From Akkermansia sp. (GTDB lineage: Bacteria; Verrucomicrobiota; Verrucomicrobiia; Verrucomicrobiales; Akkermansiaceae), in NCBI GenBank assembly GCA_030523775.1, contig JAUNHW010000012.1, positions 6,715 through 70,714 of the forward strand: a DNA stretch of 64,000 bases, given 5' to 3'. Within the stretch, counting starts at the first letter, position 1. Each line of letters starts with the position of its first letter. The notes under the pieces are model-generated. The model saw only the letters and a program-made list of their open reading frames with translations. It was not told the origin of the DNA and did not search any database. Shown piece after piece: positions 19,693 to 28,993 of this stretch. A program made the position numbers and the translations under genes.

Positions 19693-20841
19693 ATGAAAAA
19701 GGATACGCTGGACAAGATTGTTTCCCGCCTGGACAGCCTGAGCACAGACGAGCTGCGCCGCATCTTCCTGCGCATGGCGTCCGACAAGGGACTGCTGCAA
19801 GACGTGTTCGACGCCCTGCGGGACGGCCTCATCCTCTTTGATACGGAAGGGCACGCGCGGCTCGCCAACCACGCCGCCGCCAAAATCTACGCCCGCCCGC
19901 TGCACGAGCTCCTGACCGTGCCCTTCGAAACCCTGGTGGGCAACACCTGCCGCTGGGAGGAGCTGCGCAACAGCGGCATCGCCATCTCGCGCGACCTGCA
20001 GGTGAACTACCCGGAGCCCCGCCACTACAACTTCTTCATGAGCCCCGTGGGCGAAGGCGAGGAATACCTGCTGCTCATCCGCGACGACACGGAAACCCGC
20101 ATGCAGGGAGAGGAGGACGCCGAGGCGCAGCAGATGAACCTGCTCACCTACCTCTCCAGCGCCGTGGCCCATGAAATCGGCAACCCGCTCAACTCCCTGG
20201 GCCTCAACCTGCAGCTGCTGCAGCGCAAGCTCAAAAAGCTGCCCGCGGCAGACCGGGAGAAGATGGAACCCCTGCTGGAGGATGCCCTGGGCGAAACCCG
20301 CCGCCTGGATACCCTGCTCCACCAGTTCCTGCAATCCATGCGCCCCACGCGCCCGCAGCGCCGCCCCGTGGACCTGGCGGACATCATCGACAAGGTCATC
20401 AGTACCCTCACCCCGGAAATAGCCCCGCGCGGCATCGCCATCCACACCGAGCTGGACGAAAAGCAACCGGAGCTCTCCGCGGACGGCGACCAGCTCTTCC
20501 AGGCCCTCTACAACCTCATCCGCAACGCCTACCAATCCATCCCCGGCTCAGACGGCGGCATCTTCATTGCCACAGACCACTCCGATGCAGAGGTCCGCAT
20601 TGTCATCAGCGATACCGGCTCCGGCATCTCACACGAGGTCATGGGCTCCATGTACGAACCCTTCCGCTCCACCAAGAAAAAGGGCAACGGACTCGGCCTG
20701 CTCATCGTCCGCCGTATCATCAAGGACCACGGCGGCTCCCTCTCCTTCTTCTCCAAGGAAGGCACCGGAACCACCGTCACCATCACCCTGCCCCGCGCAG
20801 ACAAGGTGGTGCGCCTCCTCCCGCAGGGAACGGAAATTTAA
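19693..20841 (+). CDS. Cytoplasmic PAS-like sensor histidine kinase
   Basis: H box AHEIGNPLN, N box NLIRNA, DTGSGI, GNGLGL. Confidence 0.9.
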   Translation: MKKDTLDKIVSRLDSLSTDELRRIFLRMASDKGLLQDVFDALRDGLILFDTEGHARLANHAAAKIYARPLHELLTVPFETLVGNTCRWEELRNSGIAISRDLQVNYPEPRHYNFFMSPVGEGEEYLLLIRDDTETRMQGEEDAEAQQMNLLTYLSSAVAHEIGNPLNSLGLNLQLLQRKLKKLPAADREKMEPLLEDALGETRRLDTLLHQFLQSMRPTRPQRRPVDLADIIDKVISTLTPEIAPRGIAIHTELDEKQPELSADGDQLFQALYNLIRNAYQSIPGSDGGIFIATDHSDAEVRIVISDTGSGISHEVMGSMYEPFRSTKKKGNGLGLLIVRRIIKDHGGSLSFFSKEGTGTTVTITLPRADKVVRLLPQGTEI

Positions 20842-20955
20842 CGCCCCGGTGAATCATCCGGCACGGAACAACCGGGTGGCGGCTTGTTGCGGTGAACGGA
20901 TTTTATTGGAATCAAGGTGCGTTCTATCCAGTCTCGCGGACGAAGGGAGCGAGCG

Positions 20956-20988
20956 AAAAAAAGACCACCGGCGGGAAGGCCGGTGGTC
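20956..20988 (-). terminator. Rho-independent terminator of the small lipoprotein gene
   Basis: GACCACCGGC stem (10 bp) followed by T7 on the minus strand. Confidence 0.8.
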
Positions 20989-21011
20989 CCGATAAGAATG
21001 AAGACGAAAAT

Positions 21012-21185
21012 TTACTTGCACTTGCCCTTGGTCTGCCAGACCTTGACGGGCACGTACTGCTGCTGTGCGGGAACATCACAGTTGCCGGGCAGGGGACGAA
21101 GCTTCGGCATGGGCTGGGACTGGCAGCAGCAAGAGCTGAAGCTCACGGCGCACACAACGGAAAGAATGAGAGTGATGGCTTTCAT
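21012..21185 (-). CDS. Small Cys-rich lipoprotein-like protein (57 aa)
   Basis: MKAITLILSVVCAVSFSSCCCQSQP...KGKCK; signal/lipobox-like N-terminus; has its own terminator. Confidence 0.7.
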   Translation of the reverse strand: MKAITLILSVVCAVSFSSCCCQSQPMPKLRPLPGNCDVPAQQQYVPVKVWQTKGKCK

Positions 21186-21271
21186 GGACGTAGAACGTTT
21201 AATGCTTACGCTGCACATTAGAGCAGAAAATCCGGCTGGCGTCAACCAAAATTTTCACCGCGGGGCGAATT

Positions 21272-23134
21272 TTATTTTTCCTGCTGCGTGAAATCCGCAT
21301 CGAAAAACAGCACCTCGAAGGGTTCCAAACGCAGGCGCAGCACGCCTTCCGCGGGTATGGCGAGGTTGTGCACGCGCTGGTCTGCATAGGCGGCGCGCAT
21401 GTGCACGGCGGCATGGTCCGTGGGCTCGAACAAGGCGGCGGAGAGCTCTATCTCCTGCGGCTGGTCGTCCGGGTTGCGCAGCGCGAGCGTGGCCCCGCGG
21501 TCCGCCCGCCAGGCGGCGTAGCCGTACACACGGCCCTCGCCGGGGTCGCCGCCCACCCAGTGGGCATCCGCCAGCACGGGGGCCCACTTGTGGCTCCACT
21601 TGAGGGCGGCGGCCACATCATCCCATGCGGCATCGTTCATCATGCCGGGGGTGAGGTAGAGCTCCTGCTGGTTGGCGCCGCTGGCGCAGAACATGCGGGC
21701 ATCGGAGCGCATGTTGTTGTTGACGGGGAAGGAGAGGTCCTTGGCGGATTCGCAGGCACCCCCCAGCTCCGCGGCGGCAATGGCGGGGTCCGCGCCGTCC
21801 GGGCGCGCGTCACTGGTGTGGGCGGCCTGGAATTCCGTGCCGAGCACAATGCCGTGGTGCATGATGGAGTTGAGCGGGTAGAGCGGGGCGCGCTTCACGA
21901 TGACGCGGTAGCAGCTCATGTCCCGGTAGGTCATGTAGCGTTCGCGGTTGTTACCCTTGCCGTGCCACGCCACGTCCGCGGAGCCGGTGCGCCAGGTGCA
22001 GTCCACGTACATGAGCCAGAACGGGCTGGGCCAAGTGCCCACCGTGGTGCTCAGGAACAGCTCCGGGTCCACCTTGCGCAGTTCCCCGGAGATGCCCAGC
22101 AGCGCCATGAAGTGCGGGGAGACGCCGTCGCCCGCGCGGTCCCACTTGAAGAAGTTGCAGCCGTCCTTCTGCATGAGGTCGCGGCAGCGGTTCAGGTACC
22201 AGTCGTGGTAGCCGGGGTAGGCGAGGTCCAGCCCCTGCGCGTCCTGCGGGATGAGCCCCATGTCGCGCGCGTGCTGGATGCGCTCCGCCTGGCCGCTGTA
22301 GCCGCCGAGCGGGGATATCCAGATGCCGAAGTGCGCGCCGATGTCCTGCGCGGCTTTCGTGACCTTGGCGAAGCCGTTGGGGAACTTCTGCGGGTTGGGC
22401 TGCCAGAGGTCCGCGTTGTAGTCGTCCCAGCCGTCGTCCAGCACAAAGGAATCCACCTTCACGCCGCGCTTCTGCACCAGCTCGCGCCCGTAGGCGTCAA
22501 TGGTCTTGAGCAGCTTTTCCTCCGTGGGGTTCAGGCCGTGCTCGTACCAGCAGTTGTACTGTACCACCTGGTGGTACGGCACGGCGCGCTCCCTCTCCAG
22601 GTAGGCCAGGAAGGCGCGGCGCAGCTGGCCTTCCGGGTACACGCCCTCCACGGTGGTGAAGCTCACGCCCTGCCCCTTGGCGAGCGGCAGGTTGCAGGTG
22701 AGGCCCACGCTGCCCTTGCCGTCCTTCACGGCGGCCTGCGCCACGGGCAGCTCGATACCGTGGAAGCGGTGCGCCGCCGTGTCCACCAGCGGCGTGCCGG
22801 GAACCTCTCCCGGTATGGTGTAGCTGCCGCCTTCCAGCTCAATGGGGGTGAAGCCGGTGAGGGTGACATCCCGCGTGGCGGTGAGGGTGTAGGTGCGGCG
22901 CAGGTAGTGGGAGCCCTGCGGCTGCTCCGTGCGGCAGGTGATGCAGATTCCGGACTCCCGCGGCAGCTGTTCCGGGCGCTGGGCGCGGAAGGTGCCCAGG
23001 TTTGTGGAAACGGTGAGCGCGGTGGGAGCCGCCGCCACCTCTGCGGCGGCGGGCGGTGTGCCGGGGTAGGGCACGTTCGGCTCAAAGGCGGCTGCGGTCA
23101 TGGCTAGGAATGCGATTGTCACCAGGCTTTTCAT
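21272..23134 (-). CDS. Secreted GH36-like TIM-barrel glycoside hydrolase
   Basis: Signal peptide, YNCW, FVLDDGWDD, GIWISPLGGY, FFKWD, YPLNSIMHHG. Confidence 0.7.
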   Translation of the reverse strand: MKSLVTIAFLAMTAAAFEPNVPYPGTPPAAAEVAAAPTALTVSTNLGTFRAQRPEQLPRESGICITCRTEQPQGSHYLRRTYTLTATRDVTLTGFTPIELEGGSYTIPGEVPGTPLVDTAAHRFHGIELPVAQAAVKDGKGSVGLTCNLPLAKGQGVSFTTVEGVYPEGQLRRAFLAYLERERAVPYHQVVQYNCWYEHGLNPTEEKLLKTIDAYGRELVQKRGVKVDSFVLDDGWDDYNADLWQPNPQKFPNGFAKVTKAAQDIGAHFGIWISPLGGYSGQAERIQHARDMGLIPQDAQGLDLAYPGYHDWYLNRCRDLMQKDGCNFFKWDRAGDGVSPHFMALLGISGELRKVDPELFLSTTVGTWPSPFWLMYVDCTWRTGSADVAWHGKGNNRERYMTYRDMSCYRVIVKRAPLYPLNSIMHHGIVLGTEFQAAHTSDARPDGADPAIAAAELGGACESAKDLSFPVNNNMRSDARMFCASGANQQELYLTPGMMNDAAWDDVAAALKWSHKWAPVLADAHWVGGDPGEGRVYGYAAWRADRGATLALRNPDDQPQEIELSAALFEPTDHAAVHMRAAYADQRVHNLAIPAEGVLRLRLEPFEVLFFDADFTQQEK

Positions 23135-23220
23135 CTGCCCGCAAGCCTACCACGCGCACACCGCCTTGTCCATCATTATCACCGCGGCCAATGGCCGCAG
23201 CATGGCGGCGTTTCCCCATC

Positions 23221-24105
23221 TCAGCCCATGAGGGCGTCTATCTTCACCTCGGACTTGGGCCAGATTCCGGTATCCACCATAAAGGTCTCCCAGGCCAGGA
23301 GCACCTGCTCGAAAACGGTGGGGTTCACCTCGAAGTGGGTGAGCGTGTGGTCCCCGTTGGGGCAGAGCAGGCATTCCGCAATGTTGCCCTGTGCCTCCCA
23401 CTGGTCGCAGAACCACTGGCGCATCTCGAAATCCAGCAGGGGGTCCAGCATGCCGTGGGCGCAGAAGAGCGCAGGCAGGTGGCTGCGCAGCAGGGCGCAG
23501 GGGTTCACGCTCTGCGGGTCCGGCACTTCCTCCGCCACGCGGAGCGTGCGGGCCTCCGGCGCGGTGGCATCCACTATGCCGCGGAAGATGGCCACGCAGG
23601 CAGGCTGCAGGGGCGGCACATCCCGCTTGCCGAACTCCCACCACTTTTTCTTGTAGAGCAAGGGCTGCATGGCGGCGTTGAGCGCCATGAGGCCGCCGGC
23701 ATCCGTGCCGGCCAGGGTGATGCGGCCGCGGTCTATGCCCAAATTCCCCGCGTTGTGGTGCACCCATTTCCAGATGTCCAGACCGTCCGCTATGATGTCG
23801 CCCGCCTTCACATCGAAGCGCGCATGGGTGCGGTACTCCGGGATGAGGCAGACGATGCCGCGGTCGGAGAGGTGCACGGCCCAGGAAATGAACTCCGGAG
23901 AATACTCCAGCGCCCACATGCCGCCGAATAGGAACACCACCGCCGGCGCCGCGGCAGAGGGCGTGTGGTCGTCCGGCGCAATCATGAGGCAGCGCAGCTC
24001 CGTGCCGTCCAAGAAGCGTTTCCAAGTGAAGGAGGGTGCCTCCTGCAGCACCTGCTGGATGAAATCCGGCTCTTCCTGCGCGGGTTCTGTGGTGGGTTCC
24101 GGCAT
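23221..24105 (-). CDS. Alpha/beta hydrolase, HSL/esterase-like, with atypical nucleophile elbow
   Basis: FGGMW oxyanion region, PEYR, AGTDAGG, HGMLDP, GDH. Confidence 0.75.
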   Translation of the reverse strand: MPEPTTEPAQEEPDFIQQVLQEAPSFTWKRFLDGTELRCLMIAPDDHTPSAAAPAVVFLFGGMWALEYSPEFISWAVHLSDRGIVCLIPEYRTHARFDVKAGDIIADGLDIWKWVHHNAGNLGIDRGRITLAGTDAGGLMALNAAMQPLLYKKKWWEFGKRDVPPLQPACVAIFRGIVDATAPEARTLRVAEEVPDPQSVNPCALLRSHLPALFCAHGMLDPLLDFEMRQWFCDQWEAQGNIAECLLCPNGDHTLTHFEVNPTVFEQVLLAWETFMVDTGIWPKSEVKIDALMG

Positions 24106-24172
24106 GGGTTACGCCCCACAGTATGCATTTTTCTTGCCACAAAGGCAAGCTTGTTGTAAGCTGGAAGAAGCC

Positions 24173-25216
24173 ATGAGAGCACTTTTCCCAGTCATAGGAA
24201 CCCTGGCGTTGGCCGGCCTGGCATGGGCGCAGCAGCCCGCACAGCGCAACACCGCACCCATTCCCTCCCCGCGCGGCATCTCCCTGCCGCCGGAGGCCGT
24301 GACCCCGCCCACCCCCGCATATGTGATACCCAACCAGCAGAAGGCAAAGGAAATTGCGGAGACGGTGTACAACACTTGGCGCATAGGCATGATGCGCGCC
24401 AACGAGCAGGCCTGGGCAAGCGCCACCACCGCCGCCCGCCGCACCAAGATCCGCAACATGGTGGTTTCCGAGCGCAAGCAGTTCCCGCAGGATTTCTTCA
24501 GCAAGCAGCCCCCGCCACCGCAGCTGGAGCACTTCTCCTACGTTGGCTCCATTGCCGGCTGCGGCAACCGCACCATGGCCTGCACCTTTGTGGGCAAGCT
24601 CCAGCTCGGTGAGAAGGGAACGCTCACCGAAAACGCCATGGTCATCGAGCTCGTGAACGAGGGAGGCAAATGGAAGCTGGACCAGACCCGCTTCTTCAAC
24701 CTCGCCAACCTGCCGGATGTGAAGAAGCGCCTGCACGCGCGAGACCTCACCGTGCTGCAGGAACAGGACGGGTTCCACCCGTATGACAAGCTGCCCGCCA
24801 TACCGCCCGCCTGCGGCACCCCGCAGCTCATCGGCAAGGTGTTTGTGGATGCCCCCGGGCGCGAGATTGAGATGCGCATCAACGGCGTCTCCCTGCACGA
24901 GTTCTACGACGAGCGCCGCGCAGACATCATTGCAGGCGGTCTGCGCCGCGGCCAGAACACCATCTCCTACACCATCAAGGACAACGCCGGCATGCAGCAC
25001 CCCACGCTCGGCATCGGCCTCTTCGTGATGCCGGAAACCCCCGGCAACCACCCCGTCTGCGTCTTCGACCACATCCTGGATGCCAAGGACCCCGCCCGCG
25101 GCGGCACCTTCACCTTCAACGTGACCAACGAGCAGATTGCCTCCATGAATCCCGCCTTCCAGCGCACGCAGCCGCAACCCTACCACGTGGTGCCGCTGAA
25201 ACCCAAGAAGGATTGA
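24173..25216 (+). CDS. Secreted hypothetical protein
   Basis: Signal peptide MRALFPVIGTLALAGLAWA; typical codon usage. Confidence 0.75.
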   Translation: MRALFPVIGTLALAGLAWAQQPAQRNTAPIPSPRGISLPPEAVTPPTPAYVIPNQQKAKEIAETVYNTWRIGMMRANEQAWASATTAARRTKIRNMVVSERKQFPQDFFSKQPPPPQLEHFSYVGSIAGCGNRTMACTFVGKLQLGEKGTLTENAMVIELVNEGGKWKLDQTRFFNLANLPDVKKRLHARDLTVLQEQDGFHPYDKLPAIPPACGTPQLIGKVFVDAPGREIEMRINGVSLHEFYDERRADIIAGGLRRGQNTISYTIKDNAGMQHPTLGIGLFVMPETPGNHPVCVFDHILDAKDPARGGTFTFNVTNEQIASMNPAFQRTQPQPYHVVPLKPKKD

Positions 25217-25354
25217 CTCCTTGCAAAGACGCCCGTGCCGCAGGCGCGGGGAATTCCCCAACAGCACCCGGCGCCGCCACCAGCTGCGGCAGCGCCCCCG
25301 CGCTGTCACAGCCGGCAGTTGACTTTCCCGCCCCCGCGCGCTACATATACACGC

Positions 25355-25936
25355 ATGCGAGAGAAAAAACAAGAGGAGGCGGAAAACCGGGAACCCGTAA
25401 CGGAATGCGAGCCGGAATGCCCCTGCCACGAGGCGGAGCAGCCGCAGGATGCCGGGGAGACGGAACCCGCACCGGAGGATGAGCTCGCCAAGTGGCGCGA
25501 GCTTGCCATGCGCACCGCCGCAGAGTACGACAACTACCGCAAGCGCTGCGTGAAGGACCGCGAGGATTTTGCCAAGTACGCCAACCGCAGCCTGCTGGAG
25601 GAGCTGCTGCCCGTCATCGACAATTTCGAGATGGGCATGCAGATGGCGGAGAAGGAGCAAGGCTCCATGATCTACATCGGCATGAAAATGGTGCAGAAGC
25701 AGCTGGCCGACTTCCTGGACGCCCAGGGCGTGGAGGCCATCCCCGCCGAGCCCGGCCAGATGTTCGACCACAACATCCACGAGGCCATCATGAGCGAGCC
25801 GAGCGACCAGCCGGAAGGCACCGTGCTGCGCATCCTGCGCCGCGGCTACAACCTGCGCGGGCGCCTGCTGCGCCCCGTGAACGTGGTGACCGCCGCCACC
25901 GCGGAACAACCCGCAGAAGATGCCCCGCAGGCATAA
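25355..25936 (+). CDS. grpE: Nucleotide exchange factor GrpE
   Basis: AEYDNYRKR, LLPVIDNF, FDHNIHEA, RGYNLRGRLLRPVNV. Confidence 0.95.
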   Translation: MREKKQEEAENREPVTECEPECPCHEAEQPQDAGETEPAPEDELAKWRELAMRTAAEYDNYRKRCVKDREDFAKYANRSLLEELLPVIDNFEMGMQMAEKEQGSMIYIGMKMVQKQLADFLDAQGVEAIPAEPGQMFDHNIHEAIMSEPSDQPEGTVLRILRRGYNLRGRLLRPVNVVTAATAEQPAEDAPQA

Positions 25937-25957
25937 CCACTTCCACTACCCAATACT

Positions 25958-27106
25958 ATGTCCAGAGATTATTACGAGGTGCTCGGCGTGGACCGCAACG
26001 CGGACGACGCCACCATCAAGAAAGCCTACCGCAAGCTCGCCATGAAGTACCATCCGGACCGCAATCCGGACAACAAGGAGGCAGAGGAGAAATTCAAGGA
26101 GCTCGGCGAGGCCTACGAGGTGCTCAGCGATGCCGACAAGCGCGCCGCCTACGACCGCATGGGCCACGAGGCCTTCAAGAACGGCGGCATGGGCGGCGCC
26201 GGCGGCCCCGGCGGGTTCGGCGGGTTCTCGGACCCCATGGATATCTTCGCCCAGATGTTCGGCGGCGGCTTTGGCGGCGGATTCGGCGGGTTCGGCCGGC
26301 AGCAGCGCCGCCAGGCGGACCCCCGCCAGCCCGGCTCCGACCTGCGGTTCGACCTGGAGCTCACGCTGGAGGAAGCCTTCACCGGGTGCGACAAGAAGCT
26401 CAACATCGAGCGCCTGGCGCCGTGCGAGACCTGCAACGCCACCGGCTCCAAGGATGGCTCCGCGGGTTTCAAGACCTGCCCCACCTGCCACGGCACCGGC
26501 GTGGTCACACGCCAGAGCGGTTTCTTTGTGCAGCAGAGCACCTGCCCCACCTGCCGCGGCATGGGCCAAACCATCACCAATCCCTGCCCCAAGTGCCGCG
26601 GGGAGGGCCGCGTGCACAAGGATGTCACCATCACCATGCACATCCCCGCAGGCGTGGATTCCGGCGTGAAGCTCCGCTCCTCCGGAAACGGGGATGCCGG
26701 TCTGCACGGCGGCAACACCGGGGATTTGTACGTCTTTATCGAGGTGAAGCCGCATGATGTCTTCACCCGCAACGGTGCAGACCTCAGCTGCACGGTGTTC
26801 ATCCCGTTTGCGGATGCCGCGCGCGGCGGCGTGGTGGCCGCCCCCACCCTGGAGGGCCCCGCCAAGCTCAAGATTCCCGCCGGCACCCAGAGCGGCACCA
26901 TCCTCCGCGTGCGCGGCAAGGGCATGCCCCAGCTGCGCGGCGGCAACCGCGGCGACCTCCTGGTGGAGGTGCAGGTGGAGACCCCCAAGGGGCTCAGCTC
27001 CGCCCAGCAGAAAGCGCTGGATGCCTTCGCGGAATCCCTCAAGGACAGCAACCAGCCGGAGGTGGCAGAGTTCCGCAAGCGCGCCGCACGTTTCCTGAAA
27101 TCCTGA
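25958..27106 (+). CDS. dnaJ: Chaperone DnaJ
   Basis: J domain with HPD, G/F-rich region, four CxxCxGxG repeats. Confidence 0.97.
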   Translation: MSRDYYEVLGVDRNADDATIKKAYRKLAMKYHPDRNPDNKEAEEKFKELGEAYEVLSDADKRAAYDRMGHEAFKNGGMGGAGGPGGFGGFSDPMDIFAQMFGGGFGGGFGGFGRQQRRQADPRQPGSDLRFDLELTLEEAFTGCDKKLNIERLAPCETCNATGSKDGSAGFKTCPTCHGTGVVTRQSGFFVQQSTCPTCRGMGQTITNPCPKCRGEGRVHKDVTITMHIPAGVDSGVKLRSSGNGDAGLHGGNTGDLYVFIEVKPHDVFTRNGADLSCTVFIPFADAARGGVVAAPTLEGPAKLKIPAGTQSGTILRVRGKGMPQLRGGNRGDLLVEVQVETPKGLSSAQQKALDAFAESLKDSNQPEVAEFRKRAARFLKS

Positions 27107-27135
27107 ATTTCACCGCTTATCGCCCCCCCACGGCC

Positions 27136-27885
27136 ATGCACCGCTGCTACCTGCCGGATGCCGATTTCTCCGCGCCCGCGCTCACCATTGAGCGTGAGGA
27201 GGCCCACCACGCCCTGCGCGTGCTGCGCATGAAGGTGGGAGAGGTGTGCGAGGTGTTCGACGGTCGCGGCCACGCCGCGCGCGGGCGCATTACCGCCACG
27301 CAGGGCGGCAGCTGCCTCACCGTGGGGTATTTGGAACCCCTGCCGCCCACGCCGCCCCTGCCGCACATCACCCTGGCCGTGGCGCTCGCCAAGGGCACCA
27401 ACACGGATCTCATCATGCAGAAGGCGGTGGAGCTCGGCGCCTCCCGCATCATCCCCGTCATTTCCGAACGCACCATCGTGCGCCTCAAACCCGCAGAGGC
27501 CCAGGCCAAGGCGGAAAAGTGGCGCCGCACCGTGCTGGAGGCCTGCAAGCAGTGCGGCGTGCGCCACCTGCCCACCGTGGACACCCCACAGCCCCTCGCG
27601 GACCTCCTCCTCCGCGCGGACCTGCCGCAAACGCGGCTCGTGTGCGCCATCACCCCCCAGGCAAAACCCATCCGCAGCGTGCTGGAACAGGCCCGCGCCA
27701 ACGGGGCCGGCGCCGCCCTCATCCTCATCGGCCCGGAAGGAGACTTCTCCCCCGCGGAATACGCCGCCATCTCCCAAGCCGGCTACACGCAGGTTTCCCT
27801 GGGCTCCATCATCCTGCGCGTGGAAACAGCCGCCTTCATGGCCCTCTCCGCTCTCCGCTACGCCCTGGACCCCAGCCTGAATTGA
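27136..27885 (+). CDS. rsmE: 16S rRNA m3U1498 methyltransferase RsmE
   Basis: HHALRVLRM, QKAVELG, EACKQC, IGPEGDFS, LRVETA. Confidence 0.93.
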   Translation: MHRCYLPDADFSAPALTIEREEAHHALRVLRMKVGEVCEVFDGRGHAARGRITATQGGSCLTVGYLEPLPPTPPLPHITLAVALAKGTNTDLIMQKAVELGASRIIPVISERTIVRLKPAEAQAKAEKWRRTVLEACKQCGVRHLPTVDTPQPLADLLLRADLPQTRLVCAITPQAKPIRSVLEQARANGAGAALILIGPEGDFSPAEYAAISQAGYTQVSLGSIILRVETAAFMALSALRYALDPSLN

Positions 27886-27907
27886 GGCAGCGTATCCCCA
27901 AAAGACA

Positions 27908-27936
27908 TTGACGCGGGGCGCGGGGCACCGTACAAT
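27908..27936 (+). promoter_or_regulatory. Promoter of the DJ-1 gene
   Basis: TTGACG-17-TACAAT, 10 nt before ATG 27947. Confidence 0.75.
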
Positions 27937-27946
27937 GGAGAGCATC

Positions 27947-28492
27947 ATGAAGCCCATCCTCTTTATCGTTGCCCCGGGGTTCGAGGAAATCGAGCTCACC
28001 GCCCCCATCGACATCCTGCGCCGCCTGGAGATACCTGTGATGACCGCCGGGCTCAACGGCCTCTCGGCATCCGGAGCGCATGGAATACCCGTGATGGCGG
28101 AAATGCTGATATCAAGCGCGCACGCCATGGACTTTTCCGGCATAGTGCTGCCGGGCGGTCCGGCATCCTGGGATCTGCGTGACACGCCCGCCGTGCTCTC
28201 CCTGGTGCGGGATATGCATGAGGAGGGCAAGCTGGTGGGAGCCATCTGCGCCGCCCCCATAGCGCTGGAGGCCGCGGGTGTGCTGGCGGGCCGCCGAGTA
28301 ACCTGCTACCCCTCCGTGAAGGGTGATTTGAAATCCGCCGCAGAGGTGCTGGACTCCCCCACGGCCACGGACGGCAACATTGTGACCGGCCGCGGCCCCG
28401 GTGCGGCGTTGGAGTTCGGCTTTGCGCTGGCAGACTACCTGGGCTTTGCGGACAAGACCCCCGCCCTGCGCCGGGACATGTGCATGTGCTGA
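27947..28492 (+). CDS. DJ-1/PfpI (YajL/ThiJ-like) protein
   Basis: GFEEIE, LPGG, AICAAP, TGRGPG. Confidence 0.9.
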   Translation: MKPILFIVAPGFEEIELTAPIDILRRLEIPVMTAGLNGLSASGAHGIPVMAEMLISSAHAMDFSGIVLPGGPASWDLRDTPAVLSLVRDMHEEGKLVGAICAAPIALEAAGVLAGRRVTCYPSVKGDLKSAAEVLDSPTATDGNIVTGRGPGAALEFGFALADYLGFADKTPALRRDMCMC

Positions 28493-28499
28493 GCGCGGC

Positions 28500-28670
28500 T
28501 CACTGCTTGGGCGCGGTCACGGCGCTTTTCAAGCAGGCCTCCGCCTTGGCCTCGTCCTGCGGCACACCCAAACCGCGGTGGTGGCAGATGGCCAGGTTCA
28601 TCATAGCGGCGCCGATTCCGCTGCTGCGTCCTGTGGTGAAAATAACAGTTCCCCTCTCCTTGTAGACCAT
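28500..28670 (-). CDS. Micro-ORF or relic with a single Sel1-like repeat
   Basis: AMMNLAICHHRGLGVPQDEAKAEACLKSA; start uncertain. Confidence 0.4.
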   Translation of the reverse strand: MVYKERGTVIFTTGRSSGIGAAMMNLAICHHRGLGVPQDEAKAEACLKSAVTAPKQ

Positions 28671-28823
28671 GTTGTCAATATTGGAGGGAGCTGCTACCGT
28701 TTTGGGAGTGCTTGCCTGCGCGGGCTGAGGCAGGCGCAAAGGGAATCCGCGAGCTGCCTGCCGTTGTACTGGTTGTAGAGGACGGACGAGTTCTCACCGC
28801 GCGTGGACCAGCCTGCACAGGCC

Positions 28824-28853
28824 ATTGTACTGCAACCCTGAATGAAAAGTCAA
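28824..28853 (-). promoter_or_regulatory. Sigma70-type promoter divergent from sdaA
   Basis: TTGACT-18-TACAAT. Confidence 0.55.
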
Positions 28854-28955
28854 CTTTTTTTCGTACGCATGCATACCGCATACGTATACGGCTTCCGCCC
28901 CCAAACCTTTCGGCGCGTTTTATTTCGATGCACCACCGTGGCGGGGTATCGCGGG

Positions 28956-28984
28956 TTGACCGCGCCGCGCAGCCGCGCTACAAT
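28956..28984 (+). promoter_or_regulatory. Promoter of sdaA
   Basis: TTGACC-17-TACAAT, 9 nt before ATG 28994. Confidence 0.8.
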
Positions 28985-28993
28985 AGGGGCGAC

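Noticed and set aside
25217-25354. CIRCE operator upstream of grpE-dnaJ
   Set aside because: No TTAGCACTC-N9-GAGTGCTAA seen; absence of dnaK from the cluster is not unusual
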